Positions 26,931 through 39,607 of a DNA stretch of 64,000 nt are shown one piece after another. How positions within the stretch are numbered: position 1 is the stretch's first letter; each line of letters starts with the position of its first letter. The position numbers were made by a program, and so were the translations under genes. Under the pieces are notes generated by a model that saw nothing but the letters and a program-made list of their open reading frames with translations, was not told the origin of the DNA and searched no databases. Origin of the DNA: Octopus vulgaris (lineage: Eukaryota); contig OX597816.1 in assembly GCA_951406725.2 (NCBI GenBank), positions 21,576,001 to 21,640,000 on the forward strand, in the 5' to 3' direction.

Positions 26931-27019
26931 GTGCAGCTGAAGATCACTCTGCATTTTAAATTGATATAATGATTGCATTGCTCAATTAAATGGAGTTGCA
27001 TGAAACGACCGTACTGCAT
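26931..27019 (+). ncRNA. Type I hammerhead motif with an extended stem II
   Basis: GTGCAG CTGAAGA [57-nt hairpin: ACTC/GAGT, CATTT/AAATG, AATTGA/TCAATT] GAAAC GACC GTA CTGCAT. Confidence 0.6.
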
Positions 27020-27049
27020 TACCTCTAGATATCCTGGTTGCTTATTTTA

Positions 27050-27107
<58 letters not shown>

Positions 27108-27111
<4 letters not shown>

Positions 27112-27860
27112 AACAACTTATAAATTTCAAAAATCTAGTCAACAACGTAAGCAATAATATTAACTTTACTATGGAATGCAGTAAAACCCAACTACCATTC
27201 CTGGGTATATTGATCATCGAAAGCGATAAAATCATTGAAAGAGATATTCACTACAAACAAACAGATTCTAAACAATATTTACTGTTCTCCTCATGCCATC
27301 CCAAACACACAAAGAATAATATCCCCTTCAATCTAGCAAGAAGAATCTGTACAATTGTCTCAAACCCTGAAACTCGCAATAAAAGACTCCAGGAACTAAA
27401 ACAAGTACTACTTAGAAAACAATATCCATTAACGTTAATAGACAACGGAAGAGAAAGTGCCAAAGCAATAAATATTGAAGAACTACGAAAAACGCTCCAG
27501 ATACACCCAATAATCTACCTTTTATTACAACACACAACCCATGAAACACAGAGGTTTACAATAATATCCACCAGAACATCCCATTGCTAACAGAAGACCC
27601 AGGAATGAAGGACGCATTCGAAATGCACAAAATAATCAAAAGTAAAAGAGAGTCAAAGTCCCTCAAAAAATTCCTCAGAAGTGCTAAATTATCTTCCGCA
27701 TTTTCTACACCAACAGTCAAAACATGTGGCCGTCCCAATTGCGGGACTGCATCAACCTTATTAAAGACACAACATACAAATTCAAATCAGGACAGACTTT
27801 TACCGTAAAAAAAATCACTTTCAGGTTCTTCAAGGAACTTAATATACGCTATCAAGAAGC
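27108..27860 (+). pseudogene. Penelope-like element ORF remnant (RT C-terminus/thumb, Cys linker, start of GIY-YIG)
   Basis: INFTMECSKTQLPFLGILI..DIHYKQTDSKQYLLFSSCHPKHTKNNIPFNLARRICTIVS..L..KQYP, then KTCGRPNCGT and NLIYAI. Frameshifted. Confidence 0.88.
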
Positions 27861-28437
27861 TCCACAGCTAACAGCCTAAGTTTTAACCATTGGACTACAT
27901 ACAAACCACTCCTGTCCACTCTTCCTCCAGACAGATTAAATTTGGACTATCTTGATTTTAACTAAACATGTTCCATCAACCGTGTCGGCCTTCTTTTTAG
28001 GCGCAAAATATACTGTCACGTGACACTAATGCATGGACGTAGCGGGAAACGAACAAAAGGTTATAAACTTAGTCATGCGTTCATTCTCTACAAATATTTG
28101 ACAGATAACATTCAGAGCAGTGATTGTTTGGACTTGCTCAGTCAAGCGTGTCAGCCTTAACTTACGACGCTAAACATTGTCATTTGATACTAACACACGG
28201 ACGTAGCGGGGAACTTACAAAAGTTTCTGCGACCAGTCATGTGACTATCCTCAACCAATCAAATCCTATTCAAACATACTAATTTGAGCCATGAACTCCC
28301 TATAAAAATAGGGTAAACTTCAAACACCAGTCAGGAGCAAGATAGCTGCAACATAAGCCACATCTTTCTATTCCATCTTTTTGTAAATCGGTGTAAATTG
28401 TGAAAACGGTTAAAGCTTTAAATATTTTAACTATATT
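27861..28437 (+). mobile_element. PLE 3' region / pseudo-LTR
   Basis: Follows the PLE ORF, has an internal direct repeat (28021-28080 vs 28186-28245) and ends at (TA)n. Confidence 0.55.
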
Positions 28438-28444
28438 CATATAT

Positions 28445-28569
28445 ATATATTAGAAGAAATGAGGTACTCAGAAATCTGGATGGTTTTATATTTACAGATA
28501 TTTATTAGTATGTTACATGTTTTTATAAATCATATATCATATATTAGCGCTTTCGTTCACTCTAGTGGA
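28445..28569 (-). mobile_element. PLE-like terminal fragment with the 3' half of a hammerhead
   Basis: Homologous to 36300-36450. The minus strand reads TCCAC-TAGA-GTGAA C GAAA GCGC TA. Confidence 0.55.
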
Positions 28570-29493
28570 TATAGATGTATGTATGTATGTATGTATGTAT
28601 GTATGTATGTATGTATGTATGTATTCACATGTACACACAAGCAACGAATTTCTCCAGTTTCCGTGTACCAATTACACTGAGAAGCCATTAACAGGCTCTG
28701 GACGATAGTAGAAAATACTTGCCGAAGGTGATGCGCACTTGGACCCAAAGCGAAACCACGAGATTGTAAAACGAGCTTATTAACTATACTGTCATGCCAG
28801 CGTCTCTACTGTAACAACGTGGAATAAATGCCCCTGTTCATGAGTAACAAAGTACCACTCTGTCCTGGAGTAGAACCTGCGATCCAATGCCAATGAACAA
28901 CCGTATGTAGATGAATAAGCACATACATGCACATACACACACAGACACACGCGCACATACACATAGGTATGTATGACAGGTGGTGTGAATAGTTATTTAA
29001 ATTGATGAGTGATATGAATGAATAATGAGAACCGGACGAGAATGTTGTGTCTACGAGGAGTACACGTTGTAGAAGTGTGAGGAAAACTTGGAAAGAATTG
29101 GTGCGGTCACATGGCATGCTGCTAAACTTGTGAGAAGAGTTGAAAAGTAAAACAAAAATTAAATTAAGTAAGTGGTATATGATGTGTGGTACACGGTACT
29201 TCGAGATCAGACATATTGGATTAACAGATCTAGACACACACTCACACATACATATTAATAATATATATATATAAAGATGTATATAGATGTAGGTATAGAC
29301 GCAGATATACACATACACAGATGCGTACACGCGCACACATACACACACACACTTACATACACTGCTTTTCTTTTGAGCGTCTTAAGAAACTGTAGTGGTA
29401 ATATATGTCAGCCAAACGTAATTCGGTTATCAAAGCTATAATCTTAAGAAGCAGTAATCATGTATATATATATATATATATATTCCTACATAC

Positions 29494-29534
<41 letters not shown>

Positions 29535-29541
29535 TACGTGC

Positions 29542-29572
<31 letters not shown>

Positions 29573-29575
29573 TAC

Positions 29576-29625
<50 letters not shown>

Positions 29626-31031
29626 ATATATATATATATATATCTGTTTACCATCATTTATCAGATACCATAAGAGACATGAATAATCAAATTTGGTCAA
29701 GAAGAATTTCATTGGTCAGAGAATTATTGCCTCTTTTTTGTGAGGGCTCAAATTAAATTCTCCTTAAAGGGGAAATGCTAGGTGCGTTGCTACATTACAA
29801 ATGACCTTAAGTACACAGCGCAAAGTAATATAAATTCATTTATTGAAAATCATTTTGGGATAAATATATTAATATCATATAAGTGTGTGTATGCCTTCTA
29901 TAGAAGTAGCTTCAGGTCTGAATTAAGTACGCACTTGCGTAGATTAATGTTTCTGCTGCCACACGTTGCTTCATGTATCAAGCTCGTCAAATTTAATTCC
30001 TATGGTGATTATAACGGAGTATGCCTTGCTTTAGATACTATTTCAATTTTCTATGCGAACAATTTGAAACTTTTGAAATAGTAGGTTAAAAACTTTGGAT
30101 CGATAGTGGTTAGAACAGAACGATAGAAATTTTTCCTCAATAAATTTCTTTGTTTTTTTTTTGTTTTGTTTTTGAAATAATTTCTATGATTTATATTTTT
30201 TTTAAATTCTTTTTAAATTCATAATTCTTTGTTAGCACAAATGGGTAGCTTTTATGTTTTAGTTCACTTTTTAAATTTTGCTGACATGAAAATTTTAGAG
30301 CAATTGCTTTTACAGTCGAATACCTTTACTCCTGTTAACAACTCTTGCATGAGGTACAAGTAGAATTTGTCTCTCGACTAGGGAAGCATGGTAATAATAA
30401 TTTTTACCTTATGAACATCTAAAGAGGCTAATATTTGTATTCATTTGCTGCAAGCTAACAATTGAAAAATAATCAATAAAATCTATTTTATTCTTTTTTT
30501 ATATTCATTATTTAATAAATTTGTTTCCACGAATTGGAATTTTTAAAGTACTGCTCTTTTTGTTTTTTTTTGTTTTTTTTGGCTTTCACGAAGCCTAGCA
30601 GCAGAATTATTCCCATTTGACAAAAAAGAAAAAAAAAAAATGAAAAATTATATAAAGAGAGAAATAACAAGAGAGGGAAATAATGTAAGCAAAAAAGAAA
30701 TAGAGTGGCAGGTAGGAAAAATAGAGAGTGGGAGGATTCATGTTCATACTTATTCCTCTGTCTGGTTTGGAAGCTGAATTGATGTTATTGCAGTTGTTGT
30801 TGTTGTTGATTAGCTTGAGGTCAGCTCTGCTGCACAGAGCTGTAATCAAATGTATTCAAGCTATGACCATCCCATTTATATTTAAATCGAAATGTATGTA
30901 AGACTACATTATCGAATGTGTAGCTTTTCGTAACAAACGCTTATAGTGTTATTTGAGGAAGTTCTCGTTGGTATTTCTAGCAGGCTGGACAACTGCATAG
31001 AGGTTACCTTGTTGATTCGTTAATTATACCT

Positions 31032-31437
31032 ATTGCTTTACTACCCACAAGGGGCTAAACACAGGGAGGACAGATGCACGGATTAAGCCGATTACATCGA
31101 CCCCAGTGCGTAACTGGTACTTAATTTATCGACCCCGAAAGGATGAAAGACAAAGTCGACCTCGGCGGAATTTGAACTCAAAACGTAAAGTCAGACAAAA
31201 TACCTATTTCTTTACTACCCACAAGGGGTTAGACACAGAGGGGACAAACAAGGACAAACAAAGGGATTAAGTCGATTACATCGACCACAGTGTGTAACTG
31301 GTACTTAATTTATCGACCCCGAAAGAATTAAAGGCAAAGTCGACCTCGGCGGAATTTGAACTCAGAACTTAACGGCAGACGAAATACGGCTAAGCATTTC
31401 GCCCGTCGTGCTAACATTTCTGCCAGCTCGCCGCCTT
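31032..31437 (-). mobile_element. SINE family B dimer
   Basis: 17-bp TSD ATTCGTTAATTATACCT at 31015-31031 and 31440-31456. Confidence 0.9.
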
Positions 31438-32499
31438 CAATTCGTTAATTATACCTGTCGTATGAGTATGAGATGCATTTTTTAGGCTCATTATCTGAAA
31501 TTTAAATTATACGTTTTCTAATAGTCTGCCAAATTTGAATTCGGTCAAAAGGTCTTCGTCGAAATAGATAAAGAAACCTTGATATAAGATGAAAAATAGG
31601 TTTTCATATTATTGCTACTTCAAAATATTTGACCATATTATATTCTGCTATTTATTCATTTGAATCTTATACGATTCATTTCAATCGCATCCAGCAGAAT
31701 GACTCCACATGTCTAGAAATTAAAACAGTTGTTGAAGCGAGGTTTATATTATTTCTGGTGTGCAGGGGTACAATAATTATTTTGATAGGTAGATTACATT
31801 TGTATCAAAACCTTTGGACATTTCAACTGGATAAAACTAGATGAAAATATAAGATCTCTTCTTAAACTGTCCTCTTGGAATTATTTCGTGAACAGAAAGC
31901 AATCATGTTACAGCGAATTAGTGTTAGAGTGTCAAGCGGTTGACTGAAGGAGGGTCAGATATACGATAATGTTTTAAAATTCACCAGAATTACAAGTGGT
32001 TTGAGGATAGCGAGTTTGTGTCGCCTCAATGCCAAAGCAATGCAATGATTCTGTTAGTAATGCAATGTAATCTTGTGATGGTTTATTTGGTCACAAAACA
32101 ATTCCTTTCAGTTCAACAGCTTTGTTCTGAAGTGACAGGAAATCAATGATCAAGTTAGATGACTTGGTAGATAGTAGAATAGCTTCAAATCACAGAACGA
32201 AAACAATAAAATTCATACAGGTTTCTGTAGTAGAAAGTCCACGCAATCCTTTTTATGGCGGCACTTGAAAAATAAGCAGATGAAACAATACAATAAAACC
32301 CAGGAAACGGTTACTTTGTAATAATCTATCGATGTAATCTGCCATGGTCGGATCCTCACAGCAAATAATAGTGTATCTGCTCTTTCATTAAACTAAGATG
32401 TTCTTATAAATCACAAGAATTCTTCAAAGCTGATGATCATCAGTTTCTTATTTCTGATTAGATAAGAAACGAAAGGTGCAGATAGTAACCCTAATTATG

Positions 32500-32864
32500 G
32501 GAAGCACTCCGTCGGTTACGACGATGAGGGTTCCGGTTGATCCGAATCAACGGAACAGCCTGCTCGTGAAATTAACGTGTAAGTGGCTGAGCACTCCACA
32601 GACACGTGCACCCTTAACGTAGTTCTCGGGGATATTCAGCGTGACACAGAGAGTGACAAGGCCGGCCCCTTGAAATACAGGTACAACAGAAACAGGAAGT
32701 AAGAGTGAGAGAAAGTTGTGGTGAAAGAGTACAGCAGGGATCACCACCATCCCTGCCGGAGCCTCGTGGAGCTTTTAGGTGTTTTCGCTCAATAAACACT
32801 CACAACGCCCGGTCTGGGAATCGAAACCACGATCGTATGACCGCGAGTCCGCTGCCCTAACCAC
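32500..32864 (-). mobile_element. SINE family C, tail type 1
   Basis: Matches 6437-6799. Confidence 0.88.
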
Positions 32865-33089
32865 TAATTATACGCAGATAGCGAATAGATATCTGTCCTA
32901 AAATAGGTTAATCGTATATGGAATCGAACTCAGCATTGTAAATTGACGAGAGAGACCTAGTGGTTAGGGTTTTGAGCTCACAAGTGTACATAAGGACATA
33001 TATTCGATACATGAATCGGGTATTGTATTGTGTCATTGAGATTGAGTAGCCCTTTCTCCATCCAGTTGTTACACGCTCGGTATTCGAGG

Positions 33090-33395
33090 AGACACATGGC
33101 CTAGTGGTTAGAGCAGCGGACTCGCGGTCGAGGGATCGTGCGTTCGAATCTCAGACCGGACGATATGTGTGTTTATGAGCGAAACACCTAGGCTCCACGC
33201 GGCTCCGGCAGAAGGTAATGGCGAACTCCTGCTGACTCTTTCGCCACAACTTTCTGTCACACTTTCCTCCTGCATCTTGCAGCTCACCTGCGACGGACTG
33301 GCATCTCGTCCAGGTGGGGAACCTATACGCCAAGGAAACCGGGGAACCAGCCATTATGAGCCAGGCATGGCTCGACAAGGAGCAAAACAAACAAA
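33090..33395 (+). mobile_element. SINE family C, tail type 2
   Basis: Family C head, then a GCGACGGACTGGCATCTCGTCCAGG tail. Flanked by an ACGCTCGGTATTC direct repeat. Confidence 0.85.
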
Positions 33396-34090
33396 ACGCT
33401 CGGTATTCCGTTAGATCGTGTGTATAAAGACCAAGCTCGTATCTATGTCTGCCTGTGACTACATACACGTAAAACAACTAATGAAAGCACGGTACATGCT
33501 ACCAATGTTAACAGCTGGTAATCACTTGCTAGACATGGCTATGATTATTTGTTTTAGCATACCAGACTGTAGTAACTTTGTAATATCAGGATGTTGTTAG
33601 CCATTAAGGATCTTTATTATTGAGTTATCAATATCACTAGTTTCCTACGACAGACATAACACTGGTAACTGTTCCAATGTCTGTCCTGTCAACTCAACCA
33701 TCAATTCTTACAACTGCTAAATGCTTGAGATGCTGAATATATTTAAATTCTTACTGACTAATAAGACAGTGAGCTGACAGCATCGGTAGCACTTCGGACA
33801 AAACGCCTACTGACATTTCGTCCGTCTTTATATTATAAGTTCAAATTCTGCCGAGGTCGATTTTATAGTTCATTGTTTCAGGATCGATGAAATAAATAAT
33901 AGTGGATCATTAGGGTCAATATAATCTATTTGTCCCCTTCTCCCAAAATTTCAAGCCTTGTGTCTATAGTAGAAAAAAATATTTAAAGAGAAATGTTGTG
34001 AATATCGCAGGAGTTGCTATCGTTTAACCCCAAATCAATTTTTATTTAAGTTATGGCGTATCCAGTCCCACATTATCTGGAATGTATTTA

Positions 34091-34191
34091 CAGTAATCCC
34101 TTGCCATATCGCAGTTTATTATTTAAGCTTAGGTCGATACCTCCCTGGAGTTGTTTTGCATTTATATTAAAATAAATATATACAAATTAGA

Positions 34192-34274
<83 letters not shown>

Positions 34275-34870
34275 TAAGTACATGTAAAAAAATACAAACT
34301 GGGACAGGAACGCAAAACATTTAGAAGACGATACAAAAAACACGGACGGGACATTCGAGACCTTCAATCTTCAGTCAAGAACCGGATCATCTTCGCATTT
34401 CGGCTGATTAATCTTGAGATCGCTCCGATCTGGCGTTAAATTTCTTGGAAAAAGAAACGGACGATGCCACACGAATATGAATACAAAAAACAATAATAGT
34501 AGTAACAGGACAAAAACAGCGGGTGTCTTATGACTATATATTTCTTTACTGCCCTCAAGGGGCTAAACATAGAGGGGACAAACAAGGGCAGACAAAGGGA
34601 TTAAGTCGATTACATCGACCCAGTGCAAAACTGGTACTTTATTTATCGACCCCGAGAGGATGAAAGGCAAAGTCGACCTCGGCGGAATTTGAACCCAGAA
34701 CGTAACGGCAGACGAAATACGGCTACGCATTTCGCCCGGCGTGCTTACGATTCTGCCAGAGTACAACTTAGCTTAGCTGGCGTAGTACAGTATTGTTTCT
34801 CCTTCGCGGATGTTTACGTATTGCAGGGGGTTATTTGGAACGTAACACTGCAATAGTCGAGGGACTACTG
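34091..34870. mobile_element. pogo/Tigger-like MITE with nested insertions (repeat fragment 34275-34535, SINE B 34538-34758)
   Basis: TIRs CAGTAATCCCT../..AGGGACTACTG and a TA TSD. An uninterrupted relative lies at 47202-47412. Confidence 0.75.
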
Positions 34871-35023
34871 TATCCATATTTTAGACCGCTACAGTGTAAT
34901 AGAATCTGAGATTTATCTAGCAGATGAAACAACTACATAGATTTCAACAGTTGTTCCATGTGGTAAGATTTAAAGAAATCTATAAAATGTTATATTCAAC
35001 AACTGTCATCATTTTATACTTTA

Positions 35024-35426
35024 CTAGCAGTATCGCCCGGCGTTGCTCGGGTTTGTAAGGGAAATAACTATAAAGCATTTTTAGAGAGTTATAGCCAAAA
35101 AATAGCAAAAAAATGCATTAAAAATGGGAAAAAAATAATGTTAAATTTTTTTTAAAAATCGTTGACTCATCGTAGACATTTTTAGAGAGTTATTTCCCTT
35201 TATAAAATAGCGGAAAAAATGCATTAAAATGGAAAAAAATTATGGTAAATTATTTTTTAAATCGTAGACTCATCGTAGACGCGCGCTAATACCCAGAAGG
35301 GCTCGATATGAATCACGACTAAAAGATACCCGGTTTTGGTTAAACTGCACCGCAAAATGTGGGAGTAGTTAGGAATCTAAATCGTAGGAAACAGACAACA
35401 CACAACCTTACTTTTATATAGAAAGA
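35024..35426 (-). mobile_element. Non-autonomous Helitron, complete
   Basis: 5' TC, 3' hairpin CCCGAGCAACGCCGGG then CTAG, inserted between A and T with no TSD. Confidence 0.88.
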
Positions 35427-36264
35427 TGAGCAAAGCGGCGAGCCGGCAGAACCGTTAGCGCGCTGGACGTAACGCTCTGCGGTAATTTGCAACGTTCTGA
35501 GTTCAAATTCTACCGAGGTCGACTTTACTTTTCATCCTTTCGGGGGTCGATAAAATAAGTACCAGTTGAACACTGGGGTGTAATCGACTCATCCCAAGCT
35601 ACCCATGTGGCAAAAATTTGAAATAATTATATTTTTCATGAGGGGTTTTCTTTTTTTTTTACTCTTGCAATTCATATATACTAAATTATCACCTTTATTT
35701 GTCTTAGTCGTTTGACAGCGGTTATGCACTGCTAATGAATGATGCTAATTATATCATCTCTAGAAACATGCATGGTATTTATTTTAGCTATTTCATAGCT
35801 CACGAGATCTGTGAAATATCTAAAATAATCGGTCGGAAAAAAATATCGAAATTTTTTTTGTCACGTATCAACAAATTTACTTGCCACATCGACAAATACA
35901 CACATAGTATTTGCGTACGTACTTATGTATGCATTCATATATGCATGTATGTGTGTGTATGTATGTATGTATGTACATATGTATGTATGTATGCAGGTAA
36001 GTATGTATGTGTGTATGTAAGTACATGCGCAATGTGAATATAAAACGTACGCGCACACATTCTCTCTCGCTCTCACGCATATTTAAGGACTGTGCCCCTG
36101 CTGAAAGGCCGATCAAGTTTAAATATAATTGTTTAAATTTTTAAGTTTTCCGATTTGGAATGTCAAAGTTGTAGCATCATCTTGAAGTGATGGTTATCCC
36201 GACTCTAGAATTCGAATTCTGTAGCGGTTGTTACAACGTTTCCCTTCTAATATATATATATATA

Positions 36265-36480
36265 TATATATTAGAAGGCTTGGAGGTGATGTACAGGTAT
36301 TATATATTAGAAGAAATAAGGTACACAGAAATCTGGATAGTTTTATATTTACAGATTGTTATTGATATGTCACATGTTTTTATAAATCATATATATTAGC
36401 TCTTGCATCTACTCTAGTAGACTCTTCAGATTTGAATGTGTTTGATATGATTCCTCTCTTTTTATAGTATTATTGAGTGT
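36265..36480 (-). mobile_element. PLE-like terminal fragment with a damaged hammerhead (36393-36434)
   Basis: CTGAAGA GTCTAC-TAGA-GTAGAT GCAA GAGC TA, with GAAA mutated. Confidence 0.55.
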
Positions 36481-37142
36481 GTGGGATTGGGGAGAGATAT
36501 AGGATAGTAAAAGAGGGTGAGGATTACGGAGAAAGTGAGAGAGAGAGAGAATGTGTGTATTTGTGTGTGTGTGTGTAAGTGTTTGTGTGTGTGTGTGTAT
36601 GTATGTATATATATATACATATATGTATGTAAAGAAATTCTTATTTAACACGCCATAGTACATTCGGACGTGAGAAACCTTCCACTGCAGAAACGGTGGT
36701 GCTAAATCGAGTGACATTAAATCTATCATCGAAAAACCGGAACAGTATCTTTGACGGATAAAAATTTCATTTCCGTTTCCATGTGCCAAATTTTAATTAC
36801 AATTCTTTGGTCGACATGAAACTATGGTTAAGAAGACTTGTGTCAGATGCTGTAGTATACAATTAAACCAGAACCTACATCACTGTTAAGCGAAAGTTGT
36901 AGCCACACAACCAGATCTATGCTCATTATTTTCTTTCTTTGTATTGTTTAGCCTCTGTGTCCAACAATGATTGCGAAAACCCTTCAGTAATGACCATTCT
37001 CTCTTTTTAAGGGTACGTGGCTGTGATTTCATGTTCCGATCCACTGTGCGGTACCTTGGGCCTTTGCTTTCTACAGATTTGGGCTAATCAATGCCTTGTG
37101 AGTGAATTTGGTAGAAGAAACTTTCAAGCTGCCCCTAATATA

Positions 37143-37341
37143 TATGAGGTGGGTGCTTAAATGTTGCTGCTTTTAAGGGTATCGCAAAAGGTCTGGTTGG
37201 AAATCTAACGTTTCGAGTTCTTTTACAGGGCTTAGAAAACTTGAAGCGACGCTCCAATAAGTGTGTGAATCCGAGAGGGGAATATTTTGAACAAAATCAT
37301 AAATCACTGATCCGACTGTACTTTCTTTTACCCAAAGCAAG
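37143..37341 (+). mobile_element. Mariner-derived MITE
   Basis: Degenerate TIRs (GAGG..TGCT../..CAGTAACCCTCG) and a remnant of the transposase C-terminus (..NKCVNPRGEYFE). Confidence 0.6.
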
Positions 37342-37380
37342 TAACATTTCAGTAACCCTCGTGTGCGTATATATATATAT

Positions 37381-37669
37381 GGAGGTGCAATGGCCTAGTG
37401 GTTAGGGCAGCGGACTCGCGGTCGTAGGATCGCGGTTTCCATTCCAAGACCGGGCGTTGTGAGTGTTTATTGAGCGAAAACACCTAAAAGCTCCACGAGG
37501 CTCCGGCAGAGGGTGGTGATCCCTGCTGTACTCTTTCACCACTCTTTCTCCCACTCTTTCTTCTGTTGGCCTGCTCGCTTAGCCAGCAGGGTGGCGTCAT
37601 TCGAAGGCTGAAACAATGCGAACGCATTGTGACCAACGATGTATAACTACATCTGATGGACTGGTCGGT

Positions 37670-37678
<9 letters not shown>
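37381..37678 (+). mobile_element. SINE family C, tail type 3
   Basis: Family C head and body with an unrelated tail ending GGTCGGTCACGTGATA. Confidence 0.85.
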
Positions 37679-37743
<65 letters not shown>

Positions 37744-38374
37744 TGAGAGAGATAGAAAGAGAGAGATAAATATATATATGTTTGTATGTGTATATGTTTG
37801 TACGTATGTGTGCATGCGTATGAATGTGGGTCGTATGTCTGTGTATTTTTCGTTTGTATATGATTCCTGAAACAGATAGAATAAGTTGCAAACTTTAAAA
37901 TAGTATTGGGATTTATTTGTTCCATTTACTCCCTTCGAAACAGTGCCCCAGCCTGTCCGCAGTTTAATGACTGGAACAAACAATACAAAAAAAGCTGATT
38001 ATGAAATCAGTGTTCTTTTAAATTTATGTTCAGAGAGATTTATCTACGTCGTATTGTCTCATTCGTCGGTCATATTACTGTTGTAAACCTTTAAACATAT
38101 CTTTTAAACATGTGTTTGGTTCTGTAATGCCTTTCTCCAAAATTGTTTAAATAAGTGAAAATCTTTCAATTGGATGGTAAATTGAGCTGGTTAAATTGTT
38201 AGCAATATTGAACAAAATGCTCAATGGCAATTTTTCCTCCTCTTTACGTTCTGAGTTCAAATCCTGTGGAGGTCAACTTTGCCGTTCATTTCTTTCGGGT
38301 CGATAAAATATATTATCTGTGAAGATACGACTTTTCCGTCAAAGTAATCGACTTGTCCCTCCAAATTTTTTTCT

Positions 38375-38686
38375 GTTTTTTCGCCCTTCTCAAGCCTAGC
38401 CATGCTCATGGGTCCGGTTTCCCGGTTTCTGAGGCGTATGTCCCCCCTCCCCAGCTGGACGGGACGCCAGTCCATAGCAGCGTTACTCAAGAAACAGGAA
38501 GAGAGAGAGAGTGAGAGAAAGTTGTGGCGAAAGAGTACAACAGGGGTCGCCACCAGCCCATGCCGGTGCCTCGTAGAGCTTTTAGGTGTTTTCGCTCAAT
38601 AAACACACACAACGCCCGGTCTGGGAATTGAAACCGCGATCCTCCGACTGCGAATCCGCTGCCCTAACCACTGGGCCATTGCGCCG
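38375..38686 (-). mobile_element. SINE family C, tail type 2, nested in an old SINE B
   Basis: CCCTCCAAA flanks both sides, and the B halves lie on either side. Confidence 0.85.
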
Positions 38687-39167
38687 CCACCCCTCCAAAA
38701 TTGCTGGCCTTGAATCGCACAATGTTTCAGCGTTCCGTTCAGGATGTTGTGATCGCAGGCACGAAGAGACCTTGGAAACTGGGCAAACATGACTGTCAAC
38801 CATCACCTGAACGGATCTGCTCTAAAATAATGCAAGACAGTGGCAGATGAAAATTTTTAATTATTAAAAGCCAGTGATCTTGCAACTCGGCACCTGGAGA
38901 AGCAGCTCTATGCCATCCTTTAACGACGTGAAACGCTGGGGGGCAGGAGGGGCAGTTTAAATTGCTCAGAGTTTAGTTTGGTCGGAGCTCCTGGTGGAGA
39001 AGAACTAGAACGGGTTCCGAGCATGGTAGCCAATATCACACAGAAACGCATCGGGGTCTCGTACAAGATGTTGTGATCTCGGCCACTTATAGGCCATGGA
39101 AACTGAGTAACTAGATTTATGAATCCTAGAGATTGAGAAAAATTTTCTAAGTAATTATTGAGATGGT

Positions 39168-39607
39168 GGAGGCGCGTGGCTTAGTGGTTAGGGTGTCAGC
39201 ACCATGATCGTAAGATTGTGGTTACGATTCCTGGACCGGGTGACGCGTTGTGTTCTTGAGCAAAACACTTCAATTCACGTTACTCCAGTCCACTCAGCTG
39301 GCAAATATGAGTAACTCTGCGATGGACTGGTGTCCCGTCCAGCTGGGGAACACATACGCCATTGAAACCGGGAAACCGGGCCCATGAGTCTGGCAAGGCT
39401 TTAAAAGGGCGCATTTATTTGTGGAGGTGCAATGGCCCAGTGGTTAGGACAGCGAACTCGCGGTCAGAGGATCGCGGTTTCGATTCCCAGACCGGGTTTT
39501 GTGTGTATTTATTGAGAGAAAACATCTAAAAGCTCCACAAGGTTTTCATACGCCATTGAAACTGGAAAACCGGGCCCATGAGCCTGGCTAGGATTTAAAA
39601 GGGCGCA
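39168..39607 (+). mobile_element. SINE family D (CORE-like, tail type 2), followed by a family C head and a duplicated tail
   Basis: GGAGGCGCGTGGCTTAGTGG head, TGTGTTCTTGAGCAAAACACTT core, and a tail shared with 33090 and 38375. Confidence 0.8.

Noticed and set aside
34390-34435. CAGCC-GAAA on the minus strand as a hammerhead 3' half
   Set aside because: The 5' core is absent in this copy, so the call cannot be supported.
37381-37455. tRNA-Arg-like gene
   Set aside because: No proper acceptor stem, and it continues into a multi-copy SINE body.
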